A stretch of 63,896 nucleotides of DNA, the filler included, from Rhabdomonas costata (Eukaryota): assembly GCA_019059605.1 (NCBI GenBank). It is 53 parts of 53 records of this genome, joined end to end, with 100 filler letters (N's around TTAATTAATTAA, not from the genome) between each part and the next. Parts side by side here need not be neighbours in the genome. Positions count along the whole stretch, not along the records: positions 47,097 to 48,203 come from JAHMHO010028256.1; positions 48,304 to 49,410 come from JAHMHO010028257.1; positions 49,511 to 50,615 come from JAHMHO010028258.1; positions 50,716 to 51,822 come from JAHMHO010028259.1; positions 51,923 to 53,029 come from JAHMHO010028260.1; positions 53,130 to 54,237 come from JAHMHO010028261.1; positions 54,338 to 55,444 come from JAHMHO010028262.1; positions 55,545 to 56,651 come from JAHMHO010028263.1; 45 more parts are not named here. The stretch is one strand, 5' to 3'. The notes under the pieces are model-generated. The model was not told where the DNA came from. It saw only the letters and a list, made by a program, of their open reading frames with translations, and searched no databases. Shown piece by piece: positions 47,275 to 60,381 of this stretch; within the stretch, counting starts at the first letter, position 1, and each line of letters opens with the position of its first letter. Both the position numbers and the translations under genes were made by a program.

Positions 47275-49512
47275 CGGTCGTGTGCTGGATACCTCCTTCC
47301 ACGTGACTTTCCTCCATTGGCCTGGCTCTCTGCCTCGCTCGGGGTCTTCCACACTGTCTCCATGCTGGCCTTCCCTCTCTCCCCTGGCCCTGCTCTGCTC
47401 CCTTTCTCGCCCAGCTGGTGATATATAGCCTGACCCATGGCCTGTCCAGGAGCTGTATCACGAGGGGATGAGCTTCAACTTCTGTCTCAGCTGACCCTTG
47501 ACAAAAGACATCGGGATTCTGCAGACGGTCCGTTGGGGACATGGTGGGTGTAACTGGGGACATCAACCATCTTACTCTTACATGATTGTCACTTCGCTCT
47601 CATGATGGTCCCCTTCCTTCGCCATGTCCCATCATGTTCGCTCCGTACGGGCGTAGCCACACGTAACATCCCTCATATTGGGTTCATGTTAGCATCGAAG
47701 CATGGATGACGACGAAGGAGTGGAGCCATGCGCAGAAGGATCCCCTCACATCTCTAGCGGTATTCCTACGCATAGAAAATGTAGGCGTAAGGGTACTGGT
47801 GGTTTTCTCTCTTCACCATCACCCCTCATGTCACCTTACTGGACCCACCCATGCACCTTCCTCTCACATCTTAGCGTAAGGGTGGATGTTAGCGATGGGT
47901 TAGCCACTGTACCCATGCATCAAGGTGCGGAAGACAGCATCGGCAACATCCCTACATCGGGGTTCCTCTTGCTGACGTTGTGTGTACGGTGGTGACTCAG
48001 CTTGACATCGCAGTTCTCACCCTGCGGGGCCTTGTCACTTCATCCCTTACACCCTTCCTACCATCATCGGTGGGTGCAGTGCATCCGTACGGTGGTTGTT
48101 CTACGCGTATGTCTTACCTTCCGACTCCTAACGGTAGAGGTGTGTACCATTAGCGTGTGGTGTGGAGTGCATACAACAGTAGCCTTAGCCCACTTCGTAC
48201 GGTNNNNNNNNNNNNNNNNNNNNNNNNNNNNNNNNNNNNNNNNNNNNTTAATTAATTAANNNNNNNNNNNNNNNNNNNNNNNNNNNNNNNNNNNNNNNNN
48301 NNNTTGTTTTGTTTTTTCAACGGGGATGGTCCCTTTTGAATCGAGTTTTGTCAAATGTGTTTTGTTTTCTGTGTTTTATCGTTGTGTTGTATTTGCCTGA
48401 TTTGTGCCCCGTTCCCCGTTTGGCGCCCCTTTCGGCAATGCTGCGCTTTTCTTGCAAGAACCTTTCTGTGGACAGCAACTGCGAATGTGCGAATGGGCGC
48501 AAAAAAAACGCTTTACCACACAAAAAAATACAAACCCAGCCACCCACTCCCATTCCGGTTTCCCGGACAGGGTTCCAGGAACTTCCAGGCCAACCGATTT
48601 CCCCCTTTGTTTATCAGTTTTCCTGCCATGCCTCCGCCCTTTCATCTTGCATCGCGCTTCAGATCGCATAATTTCTATATTTTAAAGTTTCCGAACAGCC
48701 CCAATTGAACACATCTGGACACAACAGATGCCCTATTTATGTCTTGGGATATAATAAGAATAAATGCCAAAGGATAAACAGGACGGACATGCCAACAAAG
48801 CATTTAGGTTCACAAAAAGATGGTTCTTGAAAAGTTCTTGGAAACAAAACGGCCGGATAAAGACCGGCATAAATTGCCACAAGAAGATGAGCGAAAATTT
48901 CCCTGGGAGCGTTGCCTGGGGGCGGTTGGAATTAATTGGAATGGCATGGCCGGCACAATGCTGAGAAAAAGGTGCTCTGTCGCGCCTGATGCGCATCAAA
49001 ACTTGGGCGCGGGGCCTTGAAGTTCTGTAGGCAAAAGCCAGAAAACAAATGCCAATGGACTTGTTGTACTGGAACGGCGCAAGCATCAAGAATGGCCGGC
49101 AGTGGTTGTCAGTAATACCACACGTCCCCATTGGACGGTTGTGGGGCACCTTAAGTGCCCAATGCTGCAGAAGGTTTCTGCCCTCTTCCAAGGCTTTGCT
49201 GTGGCCCGAGGTAAGCTTCACCTCTTCAAATCGCATTTCAAGAAACGCCATGACCCGCCGCTCCCATGAGGAGTGGAAAAGGTTCAGGACCAACCTCGTG
49301 GGTCTGGCGTGGGATGACCCCTGCATTCGGGCCATCGGCACATTGAGGTTGACCTACGCCGTGCTGCACGAAGAAATTCTGAGCGGGGTGCGCCTCAAGC
49401 GCTTCGCAGTNNNNNNNNNNNNNNNNNNNNNNNNNNNNNNNNNNNNNNNNNNNNTTAATTAATTAANNNNNNNNNNNNNNNNNNNNNNNNNNNNNNNNNN
49501 NNNNNNNNNNTG

Positions 49513-49635
49513 GTTGTTCTCGGTTGCTCTCTCTCCCCCCCCCCTCCCAACCACTACTACAAGGGTGGATGGCTCTGAAGCGTCAACCTTGTAGTAGTGG
49601 TTGGGAGGGGGGGGGGGAGAGAGCAACCGAGAACA
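49513..49635. repeat. Terminal fold-back inverted repeat
   Basis: gttctcggttgctctctc...ccactactacaagg and its reverse complement at the contig start. Confidence 0.8.
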
Positions 49636-49926
49636 AACAAACAAAAGGAGGGGAACGAAACTACAATGAAGGCCACTTCATCCCTGCACACAACACACCT
49701 CCAAAGCGTTGAGCTGGATGTCACTTCCCTTCCGTTCCACCAGCATCGATACGAACACATAATAATGTGTGCGCAGGTTCACTTCACGGAGGTTCAGTCG
49801 GAGAAAAGGTTGCTCCGCCCAAGTCGTGCTGCTCGTGCGACCCGCATACAGAGAATGCACAGGAACGCACATAAAATACCGACACGGCCGGGAGCTTCTG
49901 CACCCACACAACAACTGAGTGCATAC

Positions 49927-50520
49927 CAGATAAAGAAGAGCATCAAAGTCTTTCAGGTACTTCTCCCAGGAGCTGACAAAGGTGCCTCCCACCTCTTTGG
50001 CCTATGAACAGGGCGACGGCAAAGCTGCGACAGAAAGAAACGCCGCAGAGAGAAACCGAATGATCAGCGGTTGCACTGCAACCCGGCTTACCTGTATGCG
50101 GGTGTCCTCATAATCCCACTTGTCGATTTCCATGCCGTACGTTGGAGCCACCTCCACGCAGCAGCCCGTGAGGAGAGCTCCTATGCAGTAATTTCTGCAA
50201 AAAAAGCATTCGAGAGGGGAGCGGAAAGGAAGGAACCACAAAACTCAGCACCCGACCAACTTCGAGATAATACAAGATTCACTCAAAAAGCCCGTCACGC
50301 ACGAGAAAGTCAGCAACCGATTCTCATAGAGCTACACCCCTCCTCCTGAAGGGAATGCAAGAAAACCAGGACCTGTCGGGGTCCAAAATAAGTATTAATA
50401 TGGCACCAAGGAACGCCTTGCTCCCCTCCAACAGTTGCTTTGACCACCAAAGACAAAGAGTGCGGGCAGGCACATGCCTCAGCTGCTTCACCAGTGTGGA
50501 CTTTCCACAGCGGTGCAACC
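49927..50520 (-). CDS. ARF-like small GTPase, most like ARL16 (exons include 50180-50092 and 50001-49927)
   Basis: CGKSTLVKQL P-loop, APTYG switch I, KEVGG (E in place of the WD of WDxGG, as in ARL16), WEKYLKDFDALLYL; GT-AG introns. Confidence 0.75.
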
Positions 50521-50736
50521 TCCCATTCAAACAAAAGCCCTTGCCCGAGTCAGCCACGCAATCCGTTAGGGACCGCTATTGACATCTCGAGTCACTGGCC
50601 CAGCGCCAATTATCCNNNNNNNNNNNNNNNNNNNNNNNNNNNNNNNNNNNNNNNNNNNNTTAATTAATTAANNNNNNNNNNNNNNNNNNNNNNNNNNNNN
50701 NNNNNNNNNNNNNNNTTGTTGTTTTTTTGTTGGCAG

Positions 50737-51012
50737 GTGTTGCTGGTGCGTCACCCAGCCATGCTCGAGTTGGCCGCTCGCTTCATGCTGCTGCTCCCGG
50801 AGACTCTCCCAGGCGACGGAGGTGACCCCAGCTGTCATGTCACTCCTCAGAAGCTGTGCTTTGATACGCAGGGCACCCAGCCCTGTGCCTTCCCGTCCCA
50901 GGAACGTTCTCTTTCCCTCAGCCAAGGCCCCGCGCTGAGCCCCTCCAAGGTGCAGCTGTTTGTGCTGGCCTCGCAGCTGCTGTACTTCGCCCTGGTCAGA
51001 GTGGGCAACAAG
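50737..51012 (+). CDS. Probable exon(s), helical protein of unknown function
   Basis: VLLVRHPAMLELAARFMLLLP and KVQLFVLASQLLYFALVRVGNK ending at a strong AAG|GTGAG donor. Confidence 0.4.
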
Positions 51013-51609
51013 GTGAGCGTCAGAAATATTCCCTTAGGATTTCTGCATTTCTCAGCGACAAAGCAACTAACCTCCCCTTTTTTTTTGCCTTTTTTTTCTT
51101 TGTTGGGCCCGTCACTTTGTTGCCCCCCCCCCCGGGCCTTTTGCTTTTTTTGTCACCAGAACTGTGCCGGGGAGCAGAGTGAGAGAGCTGCTCCGACCGA
51201 GGACACACTGGGAACGTACCGCACCAACAAGGAGTCTCTATATATTGAGAGGGAAGGAGTGAGCCAACAGAGCTAACAAGAGCTAACAGAAAAAGAGCAA
51301 GCAGAATAAACAACGGAGGGGTTTCGTCAAGAGAAAAAGCCACTCCCAGACTAGGGTAAGAGTCTAACCACTGGAGGGAAGGAGGACACAGCTTCCTGTT
51401 TTTTCCTGCTTTTAAGAGGGCACACTAGGCGGCCTAAGGCTGCTTCATATCGAGCAGGAGGTGGCCTTCCGAACTGAGGCCTCAAGCTGTTATATCCGTG
51501 ACATAAAAGCTGGCACTCTGCATCAACGAAGGTGGGTCATGCACAGTTGGGGGGGGGGGGCGTTAGACGTCACACCGTTAGACGTCTAACATCCGTGTAA
51601 ACCACGCTC

Positions 51610-51818
51610 CTTCTGTTGGAATCCCAGGGAACAGGTGTGTCGCCTTCCTAACCCCCTGCAAAGCTTCTGTTGGAATCCCAGGGGACATGTGTGTCGCCTT
51701 CGTAACCCCCTGCAAAGCTTCTGTTGGAATCCCAGGGGACATGTGTGTCGCCTTCGTAACCCCCTGCAAAGCTTCTATTGGAATCCCAGGGGACATGTGT
51801 GTCGCCTTCGTAACCCCC
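51610..51818 (-). repeat. 54-bp minisatellite, same family as 28991-29117 (about 3.9 copies, opposite orientation)
   Basis: Units start at 51610, 51664, 51718, 51772; reverse complement differs from the 28991 unit at only a few positions. Confidence 0.95.
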
Positions 51819-52792
51819 ACACNNNNNNNNNNNNNNNNNNNNNNNNNNNNNNNNNNNNNNNNNNNNTTAATTAATTAANNNNNNNNNNNNNNNNNNNNNN
51901 NNNNNNNNNNNNNNNNNNNNNNTTTTTGGAATAGGCCTGCGAACTGAGCCTAAGCTTTTGGCCCAGCCTGCAAAGCATACATTAGGGTAGAGCCCAGTAG
52001 TACTTCAGTACCCGAGTAGGCCGGAAATGTATGCGATTACAGCCACCCAAGCGGCCATTTTGGGTGTTTCTGAACCCTTAAACACGGGTAGAATATTTCC
52101 TGTGCCACTCCTGCTTTTCCTTGGGCTTGGGTTTTGATAAGAGAAAGAACTGCAGGCTGGCGCATCGTCTGCCCACCTGCGCGGCCGTGTGCCAGCAATG
52201 ATTTTTTTTTTGGAATTGTCGTTGCTTGGCTTGCGCGGCGGTAGTGGGCGTTTTGGGTTGGGAGATTTCGGTTGGTAAACTGCGTCAACTATCATTTGCT
52301 TTTTTTTTTGAAAGTGAGGGTTTGGTATCCTGCACATTTGACATAACACAAGTCAAGGGAGGTAGTACAGGTCACCTTTCTTTCTTACACCAACTCCACA
52401 GAATTGTTTTTACGCATCCGACAAGCACAACCTCCGCATCGACGCACCGCTGGCGGAAAAAAACGAACGGTGTAGTGCACACGAAAGGCATGCCAAAGAA
52501 AACTGGTAAGGAAGGAAGGAAGGAAGGGGTCTCACTTGCTCATCGCGCGATGTTGCAGGCACGCCCACAGCACAAGAACGACGAGGGCCAGGGCCAGCAC
52601 TGCAGCCACCGCAGCGACCGCGGCCAAGGCCCCCCGGCAGACGCCCCCTCCCCCCGAGGAAGGGGGCGAGAACCGCAGCGTGGTACAAACCGTGGGCATC
52701 CCCTCGGTTCGAATCTTCAGCTCCCGGAAATCCTATGAACGGAAAATATGCGTGTAGGCGCACAGTGCGCTGGCTTTTGCCTTATTGGCTGT

Positions 52793-53025
52793 TGGTGGGA
52801 CTTTATTTTAGTGTAACAGAGTTCCCTTGATGAGCATTCTTGATTTGCACGTCAAACCTCGGGCTGACTAAGGACTAACCTGTGGTTAGGATATGGGCGG
52901 AGAGTGGGAGAGCATTAGTTTAGGGGCGATGGCCAACGATGCGGCGGCCGGAAACCTGAGGTTTGACGTGCAAATCAAGAATGCTCATCAAGGGAACTCT
53001 GTTACACTAAAATAAAGTCCCACCA
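52793..53025. repeat. Terminal fold-back inverted repeat (~68-bp arms)
   Basis: ggtgggactttatttt...cacgtcaaacctc is inverted at the contig end. Confidence 0.8.
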
Positions 53026-54338
53026 CCACNNNNNNNNNNNNNNNNNNNNNNNNNNNNNNNNNNNNNNNNNNNNTTAATTAATTAANNNNNNNNNNNNNNN
53101 NNNNNNNNNNNNNNNNNNNNNNNNNNNNNGTTTTGGGGGGCGGTGGTGATGGGATTCGATGGACAAATCACTGATATCGATGATGCATCCCTTGACCCGC
53201 AGGGTGCGGTATAATCCCGTCTTGTACAGAAGTGTTGGGCAAGTGTTCTGTACTGCTTCTCTTTCCCTGTCCTCAGGTGCTGTGGGCCTCTGAAGACAAG
53301 GAAGGCCTTGACGAGCTGGAGGTCCCTCGCGGGTCGCTTGTGATTGTGACCCCGACGTTCAGCCACACGCTGGCTGCTGAGATTGACCGGAGGCGACGGC
53401 TACGAGACGCTGCTGCAACAAGCTCTGGAGAGGCATCCCACAGTCTTATGATTCCTTCTGTTTTTTTTTTTTGATTTTTTGTCAGATTCATTTCTGCCTG
53501 CAACTGTTTTGTGGGTTTGTATGTTTCATTAAAAAATCTTCAGAAAATCGTCTTGATTGCGTGACTTTGATATGCGGTGCTGAAGGGGAACTTCCAAAAA
53601 CAACTATTTCTGGCGTCAAGTGCAGTTCTTGGATTAGGGCACTCCGCGCTTATCGGAACACGGTACTTTATTGGGCGTACTTTTGAACTCGGTGGCGGCC
53701 GGGTGGGGGTGGGCAGTGAAGTGCGGGGTCTTCCAGCAGCAGTATCCAATGTTGTAAATGTTTTTAGGGCTGTGGAAGTGGCTGCTCCTCTGGGGAGCGC
53801 AAACCCAAGGAGGCGCTCTTCGCCGAAGAGGCGCTGCTGTTTGTGTTGCTTCAGCTTTGCACCGCCCTGGCCTACCTCTCTCAATTCAGCGCTGGTGCTG
53901 GCGTCCAGCTGGCCACGCTGACACCGCACACTGTCTTCCTGCAACAGGTGGATTGCCCTGGAATGCAGAAGAACAAGAAATTCTCCAACAAACGCCATTA
54001 AGATAATTCTTATCGGAAAGACGTGTCATATTATCATATCATTTCAGCATCGTATTCGCATAGCACGTTACACCTCAAACTCAGAACACGTGCTTTTAGC
54101 CTTAGTAATATGAAATCGTCTAAAACGTATCGTATGTGCATACCTACCAGCACAGCGGCTTTTCATAGCGTTCCCAGGAATTGGAAACTTACCCATTCCC
54201 AGGGTTTTTGTGGTATTGTTTTCTCATCCCCACCCCCNNNNNNNNNNNNNNNNNNNNNNNNNNNNNNNNNNNNNNNNNNNNTTAATTAATTAANNNNNNN
54301 NNNNNNNNNNNNNNNNNNNNNNNNNNNNNNNNNNNNNG

Positions 54339-54437
54339 GTGGTGGGGGAGGCTGTGGGGCAGGCCGTGGCGCTGCAGAAGGTGGCGTGCAAGGCCCTTGG
54401 GGTGTCCGTGCTTGTCACCGAAGCCGTCGCCAAGCAG
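54339..54437 (+). CDS. Exon of a degenerate class III nucleotide cyclase domain
   Basis: VVGEAVGQAVALQKVACKALGVSVLVTEAVAKQ aligns to GD.VN.A.RL.......ILISE; ends at CAG|GT. Confidence 0.6.
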
Positions 54438-57400
54438 GTTTTGTGGATTTCCTCTCCTCTTGCGATTCAAGGCATGTCGCAGGGGGTACCTGTGCTTTTT
54501 TTCCGCCTTGCTGTAGCAATCATTTTCAGACGTCAAAATTTAGCATGACCACTGCACCATCCGTTGCAGAACGTTTGTCCCCAAGCTAACATGTTCGGAT
54601 AGTTTAGCTGCAACCGCACGCGAACGATGTTGTAATGTGTGAACGTTATTGGAATTGTAAACGATGTGCTCTGGTTAATTGCGGGTTTCTCATCGTTTCC
54701 CACCCTTGGTAGGGTTAACTGCCAGAGTTGCTCGCAGGGCCTGTGCTCTCTTTCCCCACGTGCTAGGTCGACTGTCAGATTCAGTGTCTCCCCGCGGCGG
54801 TACTGCGGTACCCGACTTCTGGGGTGCTGCCCGTCTACCACCCCACACGAGAGTTCCCCAGCACTGTGGGAAACCAGGTTTGCCCCCGCCACATTCCCCC
54901 AAAGGGCCAGTAGTAAGGTAGGGCATCTAAAGTTTCCCCCTCCTTATAAAATGATGAGTGATAAGTGGCGCAAAACAACGGGCTGGCGTTTGTTTTTGGG
55001 GATTTTATTCTACGAGCAACTTCGCTCATCAAAAAGTTTTGAGTAATTGGTAGGGACGAAGCTGGCGAACGCCTGATGACATGTGTGATTTTATTCTACG
55101 AGCAACTTCGCCCGTTTGGGTTCTCGCGTGAGTCGTAGATGCAAAAAATGCATTGGTCTCGTGGATCCCTGGCAGAATTTCCCCATTCTCATCATTGTTT
55201 TGCTCTTAAAAGCAGAGCTGGACTGTGGGTAGGCGTTTGTTTAGGGGGGATTGTCTTCGTTGGGCAACTTGTCTCTCAAAACGCCTTCAATAATTGGTCA
55301 TGACGAAGCTTCGGGCACGCGATGCGATTTGGACAGTTTGACCGGGAACTTTGATGGTTTCTCGTTATTCTTGCTACGCTGCAGCAGTTTGCTCAACATT
55401 TATTACTCACAGTACTGAACTGATTTAAATGGACCAACACCCACNNNNNNNNNNNNNNNNNNNNNNNNNNNNNNNNNNNNNNNNNNNNTTAATTAATTAA
55501 NNNNNNNNNNNNNNNNNNNNNNNNNNNNNNNNNNNNNNNNNNNNGGGTTGGGGGCATTTAGGGTAGTGTAAGGCGGCACCTTATTGGTGTTCCTGCCCTA
55601 ATTATGATGGTGTGTGTGGTGTACAAATTGCTGGGAAACGAGTGGGCGAGTTACGTACGGCTGCAATAGTTTGGACCTGTGGCGACTCACAGACTCACAG
55701 TGGACCAAGAATATGGTCAGTGACTCTGGTGATTCTGCCCTCAAAATCAATAGCAGAAGCGGCGGTTGAGGAGTGGCTGCGCTGGGTGGAACGAATTCAC
55801 TGTGTGACTGAAGTCGAGTTTGAACTCAGGTTACAGGCCACACAGTGCTATTTGGGTTGCCCACAAGGCCATGTCGTCAATGTATGGCCAACTGAAAAGA
55901 ACGCATTTTCATTTTCAAGGTGTCCGTTTTACAGGTTAGAGGGGAGTGACCAGAAAAATTCAGGTCGGGTGAGGTGGCATTTCGGCAGAGATTCAGACAT
56001 TCAGATTCAGATTTGTGCATGAACTGCCACATTGTTATTCAATTTCTCAGGACAAATGCCCTTCTCCGCCAGCTTTGGGGGGACTAGCATTTTTAAGGCC
56101 TCATTCGCTTTTGTCCTTCATTTGCCTTCACGAAATGTCAAAGTGTCAAGTCTGTTATTAAGTCACCAGGTTGCCTGGGAGTGTTCGGGAGTGCCTAGTT
56201 GTAAAAATCCCACTCTTCCACATAAAACTACCAGTCCTTGGCTTGCTACAAAGACGATTTCCAAAAACAAACCCGTATTAGTCCCCAAGACAGTAACCCG
56301 AAAGGGGTCTTGGATAAAGCGCTTGATACCTCGAAAGCAACAAGGGCTCGTAAGCCCCTTTTCTCCTTGAGATTCAAGCCAGTTCGTACACCTTCAGCAA
56401 CCCACCCTCAATCCACTCCCCTTGGGTAAAGCACACACACATGCACGACATCTTCGAACAAATGCCTCCTCTTCAAACTCGGCCCGAGCCCTGCTTCCAC
56501 CACCGGTCCTCACCGGGCCCGGGCCGGCTGACTGGGGATAGAACTCCACCTCGGGCCCCTCCCTGGAGGCCCCCCGGTTTCGTTGGCTAAGATGAAACTC
56601 ATCCCCCTCCTCGCGCTCGCGTTGTGGCACCGAGTTGGAGTACCACCCAACNNNNNNNNNNNNNNNNNNNNNNNNNNNNNNNNNNNNNNNNNNNNTTAAT
56701 TAATTAANNNNNNNNNNNNNNNNNNNNNNNNNNNNNNNNNNNNNNNNNNNNGGTATCCTCCAAGATATTGGTGACACACACACACACACACACACGTGCA
56801 TACCCCATTCAGCAGCAGGCTTGGTCGCATCTTTGGCCTTCTGCGAGAGGGAGTGCTTCTCTAAGCAACCACAAAATACGCAGAAAAAAGCGGTTGTTTC
56901 AGCATTGGAAAAACTCAAAAGCTCACAGACAGGTGAGTGAACGTACCGTCCATTTCGCGCGCTTTCCGCTGAAGATCCTTAATCAATTGCTCGCCTGAGC
57001 AAACACACGCAGATATCCCATGTTTCCCTCCCAACAAATTAGGTACGACGAGAAGGACGGTACGGAAAACCTCCAACCGGCTGCACTTTGATTGGCATGT
57101 ATTCTGCCCAATACAAAAAAACACCCACCAAAACACAAGCTTTGGCTTGCAGAGGCAACCGCAAGTCCAAATGGAAAAGAAGTTGGCGGCAACTTACCTC
57201 TTGCCAAACGTGGGTTTAAGCTACCCATCTGTGTGACGCGTTGTTCATTTGTTGACTTGTTTGTTTGTGTGCGTGTGATCACGATGAAGTGGTGTGATGA
57301 CAGTAATGACTGACATGCGGGTAGAATGTTGAATGTGACAAAGAGTGGAGAGGACAGCAGGGAACAAGTCAACACACCCCATGCAGCAACTGGAACGGCA

Positions 57401-57964
57401 ACCTCGGCGGCCCTCTGAGAAATCTGGTGCTTCTCTATAGAAAACCCACCGCAAAGAATAAGAGCACAAGACAATGCCGGAAATAAAGTAAAAGGGTGTC
57501 CTAGCCAAGTTTTGCTCCGCATCCACAGACGTCCCCAGGAACAGAAGCACACCATCGAATTCCTTGGCTTGCCGACGAAGGTCCCCAATCATCTCAACGC
57601 CTGTGTGGAGGGCCACCAACCACCGCACAGCACCTTCCCTTCAACAAAGAACAGTGACCAGGAACCATTCTCACACCCAGGTGCACCCCAGTCTTGCACG
57701 TTGGTTCTTGGCCCACCCATAAAGAACCCAGAAGTTGCTGAAATTGTTTTTCATTGCTGAAAACCAGTACGAGAAGAAAGAAAACGGTCACCACCACAAA
57801 TAAAGCCAGTCTTCTGACCCTCCCCACCCGAATGACGAAAGAACGATAAACCCAACACNNNNNNNNNNNNNNNNNNNNNNNNNNNNNNNNNNNNNNNNNN
57901 NNTTAATTAATTAANNNNNNNNNNNNNNNNNNNNNNNNNNNNNNNNNNNNNNNNNNNNGGTTGT

Positions 57965-58140
57965 GGGGGGGACGACTCAACCTGAAGTTCCTCGGGAGTG
58001 CTGGGGACGGCCAGCACGGAGAAGGCCCCGGTGTCCACCGGGGTCCGCTGCTGTCCCTGAATGGTGTACACCACGGCCTGAGGCAGCTCCAGGAACAGAT
58101 GGGCCTCCCGCCCGTCCCCTCCGGTCTCCATTCTCCCGTC
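57965..58140 (-). CDS. Probable exon, weakly spartin/senescence-protein N-region-like
   Basis: AHLFLELPQAVVYTIQGQQRTPVDTGAFSVLAV; GC-rich; family assignment tentative. Confidence 0.35.
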
Positions 58141-59170
58141 AACTTCCAAAGGATTCAGTAAAAAAAAAGGCAAGGACACGCAACAAGACAGAAATAAGCA
58201 ACCTGGCACCAAATACAGAGCAAAGTATACGCGTGGTCCAGATGACACCTCGCTCCTGGAAACAGCAAGACTGCAGGTACTGTGTTGCTCGGGAATGGGC
58301 CCAGTGCTGGGATATCCGCGAAGACTCTGTGGTAGCACCAAATCTCATACGATTGACAGCAGTTCACGTGCACGGGCACCCAATTCTCTTCCCGACTTCT
58401 CTTCAACACAGGAGCTCATAAAAATTTGAGATTTAAAGGCAGATTAGGCCGCGTCTCTTTCCTGCGCGCGCGCTCCAATCTCCCAGCACCTCGTGGCACC
58501 TCGTGTGTCCCTTCTAACCGCCACCATCACCTTACCACCGTACCCTTTCCAAGCCCAGAAAATAGTTAGATACGGCATAGTGCGAAGTATCTCTGAACCA
58601 AAGGCCGCCACTTTTTTCGAGTGCTTCCGCGTTTGTGACTATTTTTGAAGCGAGATATAGAATTGTGATTGCGCCGGCTTTTGAAGAAGCGAACGTGAAG
58701 TTCAGGCCTGAACTCAACCATCTGCTGTGGTGCAGTTCTGAGTTTACGGTGTAACGTTGTTTAGTTTTTTTTGGTTTCTCTCTGTTGTGCACCGCTTCAG
58801 GGTGCCGCCCCGCACCCACTTCGCTGATGCGCCGAAACATCCCGCCACTGTGCTGTCATGTGGTGCCCTGGAATGTGAGGGAAAACTTAAATTTGATGGT
58901 AACTCATCACGACGCCGCATCAGGCACCCACACACTATGTGCACAAGACATGGCGTTGGTGCCTCCAGCAGGCTTTCAAAATTCTCACCCGCTGCCTGGC
59001 CGCAACACACACACATTCACTTTATCTACCCTGCAGCTCGCGGGGTAAAAATAAAAGGAAGGGTANNNNNNNNNNNNNNNNNNNNNNNNNNNNNNNNNNN
59101 NNNNNNNNNTTAATTAATTAANNNNNNNNNNNNNNNNNNNNNNNNNNNNNNNNNNNNNNNNNNNNGTTTG

Positions 59171-59384
59171 TGTGTGACTTCTTTATCTTTAAGCAGAAAA
59201 GGTTTTTTGTAGATCTGTGAGTGTCTCATTCCGCTCCTGGAGAATGTCCTGCTCGCTCGCCATGCACCACCGCCGTAGCAACCAGAAGAAGGGACCAAAC
59301 AGAGACGCTCCCAAACAAGAGCGGAATGAGACACTCACAGATCTACAAAAAACCTTTTCTGCTTAAAGATAAAGAAGTCACACA
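59171..59384. repeat. Terminal fold-back inverted repeat (~66-bp arms)
   Basis: tgtgtgacttctttatc...cattccgctc is inverted at ~59319-59384. Confidence 0.8.
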
Positions 59385-60381
59385 GAAAAACAATGAGCCG
59401 CTGGAGCGTCGCCGATGTGCATCCCTACCGAGATGAATGTATGAATACGGAGGAAGTATGGGACGGTTGCCGCGCAAAGCCGTGGCCTGGAAAGCACCGC
59501 AATGCTGCAAACTTCATCCGCGGATCCGGGAGAGTGCGCACACAAGATTCTATAAAAGAGGGGTGCAAAGATGGTCTGCAACCTTGACTTTTGCTGCGGT
59601 ACACAGAAGGCCAATTCCATATTGTAGTCGCTGCTTGCATCCAGTGGAAGCCGCAACAAGCAGCAAGTTAGAATGCACTGCAGGTATTTTCGCGCTTTTC
59701 GTATTTTGCCAAAAATATCATTCGGATTATTTTCGTAATTCTTTCTCACACTTCTCGTGTTTTTGTCATTACCTCATTCACTATTCAGGCGAGCGGAGTC
59801 CGCCCCCCCCCCTCCCGAAGCGCGTCGTTTTTGGATGTAGGCGTGAGGCCAAGGAAATGGAGAGGAACGTATCACTATGTCACCCCAAAAGTTGGTTAGG
59901 ATAAAGAGGACAAGGGAAATCTACCACTGGCACCCACTGAGCTGTTTCATTCCAGGAACCCCGTCATTCTTAAAAGTGCGTTGGGTGCTGAAACGAAAGT
60001 AATAGAAAGTTACACACAAAACTGATTCTGCAAAGGAGGTTCTATGAAGTGCGCAAGGTTTGAATTCTTGAGCAGCCTTAATTCTGTATTGCCAGCAGCC
60101 CGGCAGTGATGGGCGTGCTGGAATTCGCGTGCACATCGACAGTGACCATCATACTCTGGTTCGCGCTGTGATCTTATAGTTGCAAACAACACAGAGCAAT
60201 AATCCAAATGGGGTTAACCCGTTGTAATCCGTCGAATAGGAGGAGGGCGGTTGCTGTTTTTAACAACCCCACNNNNNNNNNNNNNNNNNNNNNNNNNNNN
60301 NNNNNNNNNNNNNNNNTTAATTAATTAANNNNNNNNNNNNNNNNNNNNNNNNNNNNNNNNNNNNNNNNNNNNGGTGGTGGG

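Noticed and set aside
51610-51818. 54-bp repeats as a CRISPR array
   Set aside because: Units are head-to-tail with no unique spacers, no cas genes, and the context is eukaryotic.
52700-52720. GGTTCGAATC as a tRNA T-loop
   Set aside because: No T-stem, acceptor stem or cloverleaf around it; no tRNA or rRNA gene was recognised in the window.
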